Source: a virus (Duplodnaviria > Caudoviricetes). From it: a stretch of DNA of 46,882 bases. Positions 16,522 through 26,424 of the stretch are shown here, piece after piece; within the stretch, counting starts at the first letter, position 1; each line of letters opens with the position of its first letter. Where the stretch lies: the IMG/VR virus record IMGVR_UViG_3300031890_000017, positions 1-46,882 of that record. One strand, 5' to 3'. The notes beneath the pieces were generated by a model. The model was not told the DNA's origin, ran no database searches, and was given only the letters and a program-made list of their open reading frames with translations. The position numbers were made by a program, and so were the translations under genes.

Positions 16522-16874
16522 TTTCGCAATAGTTGTTCGGAAACTTTTTGTTTCTGTAGAACAGCTAAAGCTGTGACAATCTCCTCTGGCAATAGAAACA
16601 CCTCACGCGAGGCATGGAACGAAGTCTTGCTCGCATGACTCTGATAGCGATACGCTGCTTGGAGTGCATTGCCACGATACGGCTTCGCACATATCTTTGC
16701 AGGGTTCCAACCAGACATCACGAACTGACACTCCCGCGTTACCCCACGGCGTGTCACATGCTGTAAGACTACATGCCATAGCCCCTGAATACACACTACC
16801 AGCAGATCGTCATCAACTTCAACGATACTGGACTCAGGCGTATCGCCTAGTTTCTGTTTCCATTTCCCACCCAT
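16509..16874 (-). CDS. hypothetical protein (121 aa)
   Basis: ORF with an AGGA SD. Confidence 0.55.
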   Translation of the reverse strand: MGGKWKQKLGDTPESSIVEVDDDLLVVCIQGLWHVVLQHVTRRGVTRECQFVMSGWNPAKICAKPYRGNALQAAYRYQSHASKTSFHASREVFLLPEEIVTALAVLQKQKVSEQLLRKIRA

Positions 16875-16883
16875 AAAAATTTC

Positions 16884-17012
16884 CTAAAAGTAAAACTCAT
16901 ACAACGCGCTGTTATAGTCACGATAGCAATGCACAACAATACACCACCATTCCGTAGGCGGTAGCTTCGTACGCTTACGCCACAGAAAAAATTCTTTTTT
17001 TAAGGCACCCAT
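16884..17012 (-). CDS. small ORF not in the track (42 aa, MGALKKEFFLWRK…)
   Basis: fills the gap between genes; AGGG SD; overlaps the end of the Cas4-like gene. Confidence 0.4.
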   Translation of the reverse strand: MGALKKEFFLWRKRTKLPPTEWWCIVVHCYRDYNSALYEFYF

Positions 17013-17794
17013 GCGACAGCCCTACGCATTTCCTTACGTTGCTCAGGCGTCGTAAAGCAGGCTTCGCAACTCCCGCATTTCTGCGCTGTCTCCGTGTTCG
17101 GGTTCGGACACTCGTCAATGCGATCTGGCATACTACCATCGCGCATATGCTGATCGCATAGTTCTTTCACCTCATTAAAAAGCGGTATAAGGTGCTGTAG
17201 CTGCCGTTCATCATACTTGACCTCAACGCAGCGAAACCTCTGATCGTTTTTGGCTTCAACAATCACCACACCCTTACGTATGCCCGTAAACCACATATAG
17301 GTCATACACTGTAACACCGCATCGGCAGGATAGGTATTGAACCCACTAATGCCATAGCCCTTAAGCTCGACAACCATCGGCTCACCTTCGTATTCGATAA
17401 TGATATCAGGCGTGAACAGAATGTGCCAATAGGTTTCGATATGCTCGCGCTCGATGTCCAATGTCACACCAGCACGGTCTAGGTTCTGCTGCCACCTGGC
17501 GTGCATGTCATTACCCTGCTCAAACGTTGCTGCTGTCTGCTGTGCGTGGAACACCTGATTGCCCAGGTACAGATGCGATAGCATCATATGGCGTTTGCAC
17601 TTCCCACGAAACGTTGATAGATGTAACCCATGCCGTAGCGAGGGGCGTTGCCCTGTCGTATAGGCTTTCGCCAACCACTTATGTAGCGGGTCTTCCTGTT
17701 CCTCTACAGCCTTATTCATCGTATCTTGTAGATACGTCTCATCTTCCTGCCGCTTTAATAGCTCCTGCATTTCATCAGCTAATGTTTTTGACAT
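17000..17794 (-). CDS. Cas4-like / RecB-family exonuclease (PD-(D/E)xK, possible Fe-S cluster)
   Basis: one N-terminal Cys (GKCKRH), G..MH, TPDII, VELKG, QCMTY, and C-terminal C…CGSCEAC. Confidence 0.8.
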   Translation of the reverse strand: MSKTLADEMQELLKRQEDETYLQDTMNKAVEEQEDPLHKWLAKAYTTGQRPSLRHGLHLSTFRGKCKRHMMLSHLYLGNQVFHAQQTAATFEQGNDMHARWQQNLDRAGVTLDIEREHIETYWHILFTPDIIIEYEGEPMVVELKGYGISGFNTYPADAVLQCMTYMWFTGIRKGVVIVEAKNDQRFRCVEVKYDERQLQHLIPLFNEVKELCDQHMRDGSMPDRIDECPNPNTETAQKCGSCEACFTTPEQRKEMRRAVAWVP

Positions 17795-17984
17795 CCTGTT
17801 GCTCCACCTCATAAAAAATGGCGATAGAATACTTGATATCCCTACTCGCGTCCTGGCATGTCCTGTAGCAAAACTTCGGCTTCGCATAAAGATACTGCCC
17901 GTTAGCTACGAGCCACTGGTTTGCAACATCCTGCGCACCCTGGGCATCTATAGACTCCACAACTTTTACTTGATAATATCTCAT
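17775..17984 (-). CDS. small protein, Cse60/DUF2758-like pattern
   Basis: VKVV…VANQWL…YSIAIFYE; ATGA coupling. Confidence 0.5.
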   Translation of the reverse strand: MRYYQVKVVESIDAQGAQDVANQWLVANGQYLYAKPKFCYRTCQDASRDIKYSIAIFYEVEQQDVKNIS

Positions 17985-18214
17985 GGCTCATAGGTGATTA
18001 AGATGACGTACCGATTGACATACGGCACCGTATCTATAACTAACTGCACAGAAACCAACGATGTAAACGACGTATTCGTAAACCAGGTATTGGCCTCGCT
18101 TATCACCAGGTCATAGTCAGCCGAACGAAAGCCAACTAACTGACGCTGTGGCGATGTCCCACCGCTACCAGCCTGCTGTTCGGGTGCCTGATGCCCAGGA
18201 TATTCTTCACTCAT
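17981..18214 (-). CDS. small protein, probable paralog of 17775-17984
   Basis: EANTWF…YVILITYE; GGAGG SD. Confidence 0.5.
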   Translation of the reverse strand: MSEEYPGHQAPEQQAGSGGTSPQRQLVGFRSADYDLVISEANTWFTNTSFTSLVSVQLVIDTVPYVNRYVILITYEP

Positions 18215-18492
18215 ATAGGATTGCCTCCTATAAAGTAAATCGGGCCAGGCTCCGATGCAATAAACGTATGCACCGCCCCCTCAGCAGTCTTGAAAAAAAA
18301 TTTTGCTTCATAGACACTTACACCAGTATTGCTGCCTGGCCCGTCAGGTATAAACGTCTGAAACAGCTTCATACCTAGCTCGCCGACATCTACGAGTGTA
18401 TACCCTAAAAATTTTTCTATCCAGACCTCTTTGGCTTGTTGCACAACGGGGCCACCATACAGCTTGAAAAAATTTTCCGCATGGATGTACAT
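18211..18492 (-). CDS. hypothetical protein (93 aa)
   Basis: AGGA SD, ATGA coupling. Confidence 0.6.
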   Translation of the reverse strand: MYIHAENFFKLYGGPVVQQAKEVWIEKFLGYTLVDVGELGMKLFQTFIPDGPGSNTGVSVYEAKFFFKTAEGAVHTFIASEPGPIYFIGGNPI

Positions 18493-18520
18493 CAGGTTCC
18501 TATTCTAGTCCCACCTAGAA

Positions 18521-18667
18521 TTATTTTTTCTTTGGGTCTTTGTCCTCATCCTCTAACCCCAACTCATCTGCTGCGCCCTTCGCTTCGTCATCCGTACGCG
18601 AGCAGGTACAATTCCACACCTTCTGATGACATGTTGGACATTCGTCCACATCTTCGACTGTTATCAT
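18521..18667 (-). CDS. small Cys-rich ORF not in the track (48 aa, MITVEDVDECPTCHQKVWNCTC…)
   Basis: AAGGTGGGA SD; CxxC-x6-CxC; fills the intergenic gap. Confidence 0.55.
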   Translation of the reverse strand: MITVEDVDECPTCHQKVWNCTCSRTDDEAKGAADELGLEDEDKDPKKK

Positions 18668-18688
18668 TCGTCCCACCTTCTAAAAATT

Positions 18689-18883
18689 TTAACATAAAAA
18701 CAGATAGTGCTGCTCGCTAAACTCTTCTTCATATGGCCTGTAGCCAACATTGCAGAGGTGCGTGCCATCAGCAGCATACCCGCTCACAACATTCGCACCA
18801 ACTTCTGCTTCAAGATACGCTATCGGCTGGCTGCGCTCCAACCAACCTTCGCTCTTATTGCATAGCTCCTGCACCATCTGCAC
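18689..18883 (-). CDS. hypothetical protein
   Basis: ORF on the coding strand; start uncertain. Confidence 0.45.
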   Translation of the reverse strand: MQMVQELCNKSEGWLERSQPIAYLEAEVGANVVSGYAADGTHLCNVGYRPYEEEFSEQHYLFLC

Positions 18884-18947
18884 CGATACATCAAGATAGC
18901 GTGAACCACGCCACCACTCAGGCGCACTTCAGATAGCCAGGCGAAAA

Positions 18948-19289
18948 TTATTGCCTCTCATCCTGCCACCCTTCATAGAACATAATATCGCTCACAGAGG
19001 TATCTGGCGGTACGCTAAAGGCTTCGCACAACTGCGCGTGGCTGGATAACCAGATAGGATAGCCACCAAGCTCCTGCGGATACTTGTTCCTGGTATTACG
19101 TATCACATAGGCTTTCACCCCGTACTGTGAGTCGTCTACCGCAAAGGTACTTTCAACCTGACAATAGGTTATACTGCCATCGCTCAAGTGTATGGCGACA
19201 ATATCAGTCACCGACGTACCAGTAGATACCGTGAACTGTATATCCTGCTTCACCAGACCAATCGGTTTGCTACTATCATTTCCACTCAT
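18948..19289 (-). CDS. hypothetical protein (113 aa)
   Basis: ATGA coupling. Confidence 0.6.
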   Translation of the reverse strand: MSGNDSSKPIGLVKQDIQFTVSTGTSVTDIVAIHLSDGSITYCQVESTFAVDDSQYGVKAYVIRNTRNKYPQELGGYPIWLSSHAQLCEAFSVPPDTSVSDIMFYEGWQDERQ

Positions 19290-19606
19290 TCTTTACACCC
19301 ATCTTTCATGGTAAACAACGGCATCACTTTTGACTCACTAATAAGCCACAACTCTAAACGATACTTCAGATACGCTTCAAGCGCAGAAAGCGTACGATAG
19401 CCATTCGTGCCATCAAACATCTCAGAAAAATTTTCTATAGCCGCCTGATAGCCAGCAACATACGCTCTGGCTTCGCGCATTGACAAAACAGCTTCTAGCT
19501 CGTCTTCAATATCTTGAACCTGAACTTCGAGGTCGTCAATTTTATTTTCATATTTTGCTATTTTAAGCTGCGTGCGCTTAGTCGTCGCCATCTGTTTCAT
19601 CCTCAT
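19286..19606 (-). CDS. coiled-coil hypothetical protein
   Basis: overlaps the RecA 3' end; heptad pattern. Confidence 0.6.
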   Translation of the reverse strand: MRMKQMATTKRTQLKIAKYENKIDDLEVQVQDIEDELEAVLSMREARAYVAGYQAAIENFSEMFDGTNGYRTLSALEAYLKYRLELWLISESKVMPLFTMKDGCKE

Positions 19607-20546
19607 CTGCCATAACAGACGCTATCTCTTCATCGCTCACCCGATCTTCGACACCAAGCGGGTCAGCGTCCACAATTTTTTCTTTGAGGGCTTTACGCAT
19701 GGATTTCTTCACGGCTGGCACATCCTCATGCGGCACCCAGCCCTTGCCGAACACTAACTGAATATCTCCGCCCCTCTGCGGCGGTGCGCCCCAACTCTTG
19801 TTGACAAAGTACCCAAGCCGATGCGACCACGTGCCAAGTTTTTCATCTTTTTCCCACTTGGTACGCGCAACCACTAACTCTATTAAGGCGTAGTGCCGTA
19901 ACGCCCATCCGCCAAACGTATGATAGGGCGGAGACCAGGGCGTAGGGCGATTAATGTTATCACGATACTGATTAACGATTAAGATATTGGCATCCATCTT
20001 GTAACAGAGGTTATTCAAGACAGGTAGTTTGCGAGCCAGGATACCAGCCGTCATCGCCATACCTTCGACCTTATCAAAGTCTTTACCCTCAGCTTCTTTG
20101 CGTGGCGGCAAACTTGGCAAGCTATCTACCACGATTAACTTCACCCCTGCCTGCAAAAAAATTCTGGCAAGCTCTAGGGCTTCTTCCAGACAATACGGCT
20201 GGGCGATAGTATAGCTGGGACACACCCCAAACAACTGCGCATAATTGAAATCCAACTTGCGCTCACCATCAATATACAACACACTTTCGGCCTGTCCAGC
20301 GATTGAGAGAGCCATTGTCGTTTTGCCCGACTGGTTAATGCCCACCACTTCTAAGATACCGCCTGCTGGCAATCCGCCGCCCAGGATACAATCAAGATGA
20401 TCTATACCCGTACTGATACGCCTTCGCGCTTGCATTTGCGAGAGCAATTGCAACGTTCCCGCGCCATACTTGCTATTAACCGCATCAATAAGTTGCAGAA
20501 ACTCAGGCGAGACGGGAGGCATTAGCTGTTTATTGGCCGTTACCAT
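19578..20546 (-). CDS. recA: RecA/UvsX-like recombinase
   Basis: ISTGIDHLD.ILGGGLPAG, GINQSGKTT, YIDGE, IVVDS, NQYR, GGWALRHYA. Confidence 0.92.
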   Translation of the reverse strand: MVTANKQLMPPVSPEFLQLIDAVNSKYGAGTLQLLSQMQARRRISTGIDHLDCILGGGLPAGGILEVVGINQSGKTTMALSIAGQAESVLYIDGERKLDFNYAQLFGVCPSYTIAQPYCLEEALELARIFLQAGVKLIVVDSLPSLPPRKEAEGKDFDKVEGMAMTAGILARKLPVLNNLCYKMDANILIVNQYRDNINRPTPWSPPYHTFGGWALRHYALIELVVARTKWEKDEKLGTWSHRLGYFVNKSWGAPPQRGGDIQLVFGKGWVPHEDVPAVKKSMRKALKEKIVDADPLGVEDRVSDEEIASVMADEDETDGDD

Positions 20547-23448
20547 TCAAGTATTTACTATCCTCTCTATAGTTGCGATACATTTCATCACTATGCTGCA
20601 CCCACATCTCTTTCTGAAACAGCGTATGCGGCTTCATTTTTAAGACTTCCATCCACATCAAGCATCGCTTCTGCCACTCCTGTTTATCAAATTCCATCGC
20701 CGCAAAGCGCGTAAGCGTCCCAACGACCGCACTGGTCGCTGTTCGCCCGCTCAACCGTTTCTTGACATCCTCAGCAGAAACATACGGGCCATGAGCAAGC
20801 CGCTCTGCTTCGATCTCATACGCACGATTATCCAGCCCAGGTAACACCTTTAGCCCCTGCTGGATATAGCGACCTGACTCAAGTAACGCCGACCCTGGAA
20901 CATCCACGATCTGGTACTCAGCAGAGCCGTTCACATGCGGGATTAAAAAATTTTGCCCATGCTTTTGATAGCCATCTGTTTCATAGGCCGACCGCTTGCC
21001 CTCGTTTTTTTCATGGCCGAGTAACGTCACAAAAAATTCAACTGGATGCTGCTCTCTTAATAGAATTTGCTGGGCTGCTAAGAGCGCATACGGCACAGCA
21101 TGGTTCTTGGAAAAACCATACAACAATGCGCTATGCCAGAGCTTCAAAGCCGTCGCTTTCGAGACACCCAGCGTAGTCACAGTGCCATCTATAAAAATTT
21201 TTTGCAGTGTTTCATCGTTACCTAATTTTTTCTTGGCAAGATGCATCACCTGTGCTACTTGTTCCCACGTCATGCCGATAGAATGACAGAACTCCATGAC
21301 CTGTTCTTGATAGACAAAAGGCAAGACCGCCTGTGACCCTGGCTGCTGACGCTCCTGTAAGTACATTTCAAATGCCTCACCAGCAATCGCACCAGGGCGA
21401 TTAAAGGCAGTCACCAACGCTGCTTCCTCAATACTATCTGGCTGGTACTGCTTGCACATCAAGACCGACTTGGCTCGCTCATACTGGAATATACCCCACA
21501 AGTCACCTTGCTCCATTGCTTTACGCAACTGCCTGCCCTCAAGATCGTTCACGTCGTAGTACGTCACACCATCCTCAGCATTCAGATAGCCCTCGGTCAT
21601 TGGATGATCGACGAACTGCATATTCACCATTTTTTCACAGGCATCCACCTGCGCAAGACTATCCACAATCAGCAGATCAATTTTTAAGACACCAATCGCT
21701 TTCAGGCTATCCATATCGTAGCAGGCCAGCCAGTGTGCATCATTACCCGTCCCAATCTTCATCAACGCCAGTTTTTCTTCCAACGGGCCAGCCGTGATAG
21801 CGACTCCTGCGGCATGTTGCGAGATACTCGCCACTTGCCCCAAACAGTAGCACAAGTCACTGACTAAGCTATACTGGTCTTCCATATACCGCAAGATGCC
21901 ACTGCCCTTGACAATTTTTTTCCAATTGAACTCAGGCTCCTCACTCTTGGAGACATACGCCAGCATTGCTCCACGGAAACTTTCGCGTTCGGTATCTGCT
22001 ATGAATGACAGGCTACCTTTTTCGCTATGTTCTTTCAGGATAGCATTCAGAGCCGACTTCACCCCAAACGTATTGAATGCCGCCACCTTCGCCACCCGCC
22101 CAGGATAGCGCATTCCAAGATAGGTGAATAGCTTATCACGGCTTACTTCATCGCCCACATCATGGTCAATATCCAGCACATCCCACTCTGGCCGCTCAGG
22201 GCCACAGAAGCGTTCAAATGATAGGTGATACCGTAGCGGGTCGGTCTTATGCATCCCTGTCACATACGCCACCAAACTCCCGCAAGCTGACCCGCGACAG
22301 CGCATGGCAATGCTTTGACGCCTGGCTTCAGTCGCTAGATCAACATTCATCAGCAGATAGTTCACAAAGTTCTTATCCCTATAGGTTTCCAGTTCGTAGG
22401 CCGCGCGTTTGCGGTACGCTGGCAAGATGACGACTTCGTGCTTTTTGTTGGTCGTCGTGAACCCTTTTCCCTCTAAGCCCGCGATAGTCGCATCACACAG
22501 GATTTCGTACGGGTCTGATACACCCTCAAGCTGAGGCATAGCCACACGTGGCGAAAATTCAACATGCGTACTCTCAGCAATGGCTATGGTATTGTCCATG
22601 TATTCATGGATACGGCCAGCATCACCCATCGTCTCAGTCCACTCATCCTCTAGCTCGGCATCACTCGGCATGAACAGTCGCTCATAGCTCAAGGCATCAT
22701 CCACAGGCCAGCGTTTGATAGCCCGCAGCGTTTTATAGTGTGGATAATCCCAGCGTTGGATATAGTGGCTATCAGGAGTGACGACTAACTTCAGGCCGTA
22801 CAAGTCCGACCAGACCTCTAACTGGCGATTGACCTCTGCCTGACCCTGAAAATCATGCGGCATCACCTCACCCCACACGTGGTGATCGAATAACTCCACC
22901 CAATGTTTCAGCTTGGTATAGGCCGCCTGTGACTCACCAGCCAGAATATGCTGCGGAACCCACCCACGCAGGCATCCTGTGAATAGGATTAACCCACCAG
23001 AAAATTTTTCTAGCATCTCATCGGTCACAATAGGATGCCGATAAAAATTTTCTTCTTTGTTGGACTCAGAAACCAGACTCATGAGATTTTCATAGCCAGG
23101 CTGCATATTTTTTACCAAGACCGTCGCGTGGTAGTATCTGGACTCGTATTCATTCTGCGCAATCTCGGCAGGCGAGTAGTGATGCTCTTTCAAATCCTCT
23201 TTGGTATACTGCCTGACCACCTTTGGCATGTAGTAAAACTCAATGCCCAGGACTGGCTTAACACCACACTCGATACAGGCGTTATAATGCTCGATTAAGC
23301 CTGACGGCACACCATGATCTGTTAAGGCTAATGCTGGCTGCTCTAGGGCTTTGGCAAACCTGACCCGCCGCCTGGCCGTATCCGACCCGTCAGGACTATG
23401 CTCACCATGCCCATGCAGGTTTACCACTGGTCGCCGTTTCTTATTCAC
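20530..23448 (-). CDS. dnaE: DNA polymerase III alpha subunit (DnaE-like), short at the C-terminus
   Basis: PHP domain HGH.EHS.DG/ALTDH; RGSACGSLVAY; FERF; DIDHD catalytic motif; HAAG; KIDLL; GIFQ; RPG; YQEQVM; YGFSKNHA. Confidence 0.95.
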   Translation of the reverse strand: MNKKRRPVVNLHGHGEHSPDGSDTARRRVRFAKALEQPALALTDHGVPSGLIEHYNACIECGVKPVLGIEFYYMPKVVRQYTKEDLKEHHYSPAEIAQNEYESRYYHATVLVKNMQPGYENLMSLVSESNKEENFYRHPIVTDEMLEKFSGGLILFTGCLRGWVPQHILAGESQAAYTKLKHWVELFDHHVWGEVMPHDFQGQAEVNRQLEVWSDLYGLKLVVTPDSHYIQRWDYPHYKTLRAIKRWPVDDALSYERLFMPSDAELEDEWTETMGDAGRIHEYMDNTIAIAESTHVEFSPRVAMPQLEGVSDPYEILCDATIAGLEGKGFTTTNKKHEVVILPAYRKRAAYELETYRDKNFVNYLLMNVDLATEARRQSIAMRCRGSACGSLVAYVTGMHKTDPLRYHLSFERFCGPERPEWDVLDIDHDVGDEVSRDKLFTYLGMRYPGRVAKVAAFNTFGVKSALNAILKEHSEKGSLSFIADTERESFRGAMLAYVSKSEEPEFNWKKIVKGSGILRYMEDQYSLVSDLCYCLGQVASISQHAAGVAITAGPLEEKLALMKIGTGNDAHWLACYDMDSLKAIGVLKIDLLIVDSLAQVDACEKMVNMQFVDHPMTEGYLNAEDGVTYYDVNDLEGRQLRKAMEQGDLWGIFQYERAKSVLMCKQYQPDSIEEAALVTAFNRPGAIAGEAFEMYLQERQQPGSQAVLPFVYQEQVMEFCHSIGMTWEQVAQVMHLAKKKLGNDETLQKIFIDGTVTTLGVSKATALKLWHSALLYGFSKNHAVPYALLAAQQILLREQHPVEFFVTLLGHEKNEGKRSAYETDGYQKHGQNFLIPHVNGSAEYQIVDVPGSALLESGRYIQQGLKVLPGLDNRAYEIEAERLAHGPYVSAEDVKKRLSGRTATSAVVGTLTRFAAMEFDKQEWQKRCLMWMEVLKMKPHTLFQKEMWVQHSDEMYRNYREDSKYLNGNGQ

Positions 23449-23451
23449 ATG

Positions 23452-24072
23452 TCACCTCTTTCCTACAATCGGTATACGCATTGTCTGCTGCTTGTCTATT
23501 GCTAGATACCCAAACTCACGCGCAATATCTAAGGCATGGCAGATACATTCGTCAATGGTCATGTACTTATACAAGCCACCCATACCGACACAGACACCAC
23601 CAAGCGCAGCCACTTGCTCTTTGTACCAGGTATAGAGCACCAGATCATCAGGCGACCGCACTGGAAAACCAGAGATATAGCTGAGTAGTCCGTACTCACC
23701 CCTGAACGCCCAATCTAACCTGGCAGCGCAAAAGAACAAAGAAAAAGTTTCTTTCACAAGGGGCAGGTCGTAGATCGGAGACGAGTGCCAGTACGAAATA
23801 TTTTTATGCAGAAGTAAGTCACGGCACGCATACCGCCAATTGCACTGAGGCGAAAAAATTTTTCTTTCGCACTCCATACCCAACCAGCGTAGCGATGTGC
23901 GTGCCGTCAGAAAATGTTCTGCGTGAAAGCTGAGTGCGGTTCGGTAGTTGCCCTGATACGCGACTCCACCTGCACGCTGCGTAGCTTCAAAGACAACAAC
24001 GGGATAACCCTGCTCGGCTAATGCTCTCGCAAGGACACATCCCGTTATGCCTGCACCAATAATTGCAAACAC
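23452..24072 (-). CDS. truncated UDP-galactopyranose mutase (Glf)-like flavoprotein
   Basis: GAGITG..VFE..AGG FAD motif and C-terminal G..G.YKY..ID..I..AL; only 206 aa. Confidence 0.7.
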   Translation of the reverse strand: MFAIIGAGITGCVLARALAEQGYPVVVFEATQRAGGVAYQGNYRTALSFHAEHFLTARTSLRWLGMECERKIFSPQCNWRYACRDLLLHKNISYWHSSPIYDLPLVKETFSLFFCAARLDWAFRGEYGLLSYISGFPVRSPDDLVLYTWYKEQVAALGGVCVGMGGLYKYMTIDECICHALDIAREFGYLAIDKQQTMRIPIVGKR

Positions 24073-24107
24073 GCTAGAACCCCTAGCGTCCCACCTGCAC
24101 TACGCGG

Positions 24108-25175
24108 TTACAAGGCGTCATCGTCATCGTCATCGTCCTGGTCGCTATCTAAATCAACGTACTCCTCTTTCACGTCCTTCTTCACATCTCCCTCAGCCTT
24201 CTGCGGAGCCTCGATACCAAGTAAGGCTTGCCTGCGCTCCTGCAACTCTTGGAGTAAATCCGTGTTCTTAGTGCGAGTGGCAAGATTGAGAGCAAAGGAC
24301 ATTTTCATGAGCAACTTCGACCAGGGCAGGCCACCACAATTTTCAGCCATGAACGCATCTTCCTGCGCTTGAAACTTAAATTTTTTCGCGCTCTTGTCGT
24401 TGACTGAAAAACTACGGTCAAGGCCCTTACCTGTCTGTGCCAGCACAATATCATAGTCACACATTTCACGTGGCGTATCATCCTCAGACGAGTCTTCAGG
24501 CATGTCGGCGAGTACAGCCGCAAGTTTATCTTTGGGATAGCCAACCTGCGCTGCCAATGCCTCAAGGTCGATCTCACCTTTGGCTTGTTCCTGGCGAAGT
24601 ATCTGCACTAAGACAGGCTGGACATAGCGCAGATCATTTAAGGCGTGCATCTTGTAGACTGGACTCTGATCGTTGGCTGGATAGGCCATAAGCTCGATCT
24701 CACCAGCACCATCTTGCGCTGCACCATACCAGATCGGCCACACATTAATAAGTGTAGACTTGACACCCGATAATATGACGCCATCCTTGCCCGTTTTCCA
24801 TTCGCCACGGGTCAATTCTTTGAACCGCGACATGAGTTCTTCATAGGTGACGTTGTGCTTTTTCTGCAAGCGTTCGCACTCAGGACAAGGTTTCCCAAAC
24901 GGTATCATGCACACATGCTCATGCGGCCAGCCTGGGGCTGCTGTATGCACAACGATCAATGCACCTTTATACAGCCCGACTCGCAACCGAACTGTTGCAC
25001 GACGGATACTATCGTTATCGGCTTCATCAGGCATACCAAAAATTTTTATGATGCCTTTCGAGAGCTTACGACGTTTGGCCGCCTCTTCTGAACTCTTGAT
25101 GCTCCCTTCAATCTGAACGCGCATCTCCGTATCTTCCTTGTCAAACAAGGTCAACATGTCTACTGCTTGTGCCAT
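24108..25175 (-). CDS. putative single-stranded DNA-binding protein
   Basis: lies between primase and polymerase; H..C…CPEC zinc-type motif; YDIVL.QTGKGLD; strongly acidic tail; GAGGAGG SD. Confidence 0.65.
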   Translation of the reverse strand: MAQAVDMLTLFDKEDTEMRVQIEGSIKSSEEAAKRRKLSKGIIKIFGMPDEADNDSIRRATVRLRVGLYKGALIVVHTAAPGWPHEHVCMIPFGKPCPECERLQKKHNVTYEELMSRFKELTRGEWKTGKDGVILSGVKSTLINVWPIWYGAAQDGAGEIELMAYPANDQSPVYKMHALNDLRYVQPVLVQILRQEQAKGEIDLEALAAQVGYPKDKLAAVLADMPEDSSEDDTPREMCDYDIVLAQTGKGLDRSFSVNDKSAKKFKFQAQEDAFMAENCGGLPWSKLLMKMSFALNLATRTKNTDLLQELQERRQALLGIEAPQKAEGDVKKDVKEEYVDLDSDQDDDDDDDAL

Positions 25176-25242
25176 AAAAAATTTTCCTCCTCTTGGGGCG
25201 ACTTTAGCGGTTCGACTACTCCATGAACCTTTACATATGCCC

Positions 25243-25287
25243 CTACTATAAACATATAAGCACAGGGTATGATTTTATGCACGACTT
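25243..25287 (-). promoter_or_regulatory. phage promoter motif, copy 3
   Basis: AAGTCGTGCATAAAA-N12-CTTATATGTTTATAGTAG. Confidence 0.8.
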
Positions 25288-25289
25288 TT

Positions 25290-26318
25290 TCACGATCTTG
25301 TATATCCTTTTACTATCCTGTAAATACCCGACCAAAACTCACTCTCACTGGAATTGCCAATATCATTCACAGGCAAGACTAGCCGCCCAACTCTCGTACC
25401 AAATGGCTTTAATGCTTCTTTTAGTGAGTGATAGGCTTTTTCACCCGCTAAATCCATATCAAAGCCACCGATGACACTATCACAATCAGCAGCAATCGCA
25501 AGTGCCTGATTAAAGCTCACATCCGACCCAAGTACACATGCGCCCATATGCGTATCTTCACGCCACCCATGCTGCCAGGCCACCATCAAGCTGCTCATAC
25601 CCTCAGTGATTAGCCCGATAGGCTTTTTCTTCTTCCAGGGCTTACAATAGCCATAAATAAAATCTGATTTCCTCAACCCCGTCATGGTCAGATACTTCGG
25701 CCACTCACCATTCGTTGCTCGTCTCACGTACCCATAGACTTCTTCATGCTCGCCCTTAACATAGCGTAGTGGAATAAGCAACTGGTGACTGGGTAGCCCT
25801 TGCCAATCTACGACACCAAATTTTTTTAAGGTTTCAGGACGAAAGCCTTTCTGCCACATCTTAAAGACCCCAGGCGTGGGATTATCCATATTTTTATTTG
25901 CTGAGGCATCACCATGAAAATTTCCATGCGCATATTCAATGGCCGCCATCAGGTTTGCCTGATACTGTTCTTCCAAACGCTGGGCAAGAATTTTTTCATC
26001 AACTTCACGACTCGGTGACTCTATATAGGAATAGCACGTCAAGATGTCTAACGCCGTTAGCTGATGCGCATCTTCAGGAGTAAAGACTGGCACCTGGAAC
26101 AACTGTGCTATAAAATCGACAATGCTTCCACCTCTCACTCCACACACATAGCAGATAAACTGGCCTGCTCTACTCATTGCCATACTAGGATTATTTTCAC
26201 CATGAAACGGGCAGAGCATCATATACTCATCTTCATCTACACTATACTCCACTCCGCCAAAATGATTGACTACTCTACGCACATCCCAAAGCTCTCTACT
26301 CAACTCTACTCTGCTCAT
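25290..26318 (-). CDS. DNA primase (CHC2 zinc finger + Toprim)
   Basis: CPFH.E.NPS…CYVC; LLIP; PKYL; ITEG; FDMDLAGEKA. Confidence 0.92.
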   Translation of the reverse strand: MSRVELSRELWDVRRVVNHFGGVEYSVDEDEYMMLCPFHGENNPSMAMSRAGQFICYVCGVRGGSIVDFIAQLFQVPVFTPEDAHQLTALDILTCYSYIESPSREVDEKILAQRLEEQYQANLMAAIEYAHGNFHGDASANKNMDNPTPGVFKMWQKGFRPETLKKFGVVDWQGLPSHQLLIPLRYVKGEHEEVYGYVRRATNGEWPKYLTMTGLRKSDFIYGYCKPWKKKKPIGLITEGMSSLMVAWQHGWREDTHMGACVLGSDVSFNQALAIAADCDSVIGGFDMDLAGEKAYHSLKEALKPFGTRVGRLVLPVNDIGNSSESEFWSGIYRIVKGYTRS

Positions 26319-26424
26319 CTACTCTACCCAACCTTTCTACTCTACGCAAACTACAAAACTGCTACACTTTTGTCTTTTGAGTAGATACTCTACGCATTGT
26401 CTACCCAGGTAACTGAAAATCTAC
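26236..26424. repeat. cluster of ~11 TCTAC short repeats, putative origin iterons
   Basis: TCTAC at about 26236, 26274, 26295, 26305, 26318, 26323, 26336, 26341, 26389, 26400 and 26420, next to an AT-rich tract at 26461-26490. Confidence 0.55.

Noticed and set aside
17000-17794. CRISPR-Cas system suggested by the Cas4-like gene
   Set aside because: No repeat-spacer array or other cas genes were seen; solo Cas4-like nucleases are common in phage recombination modules
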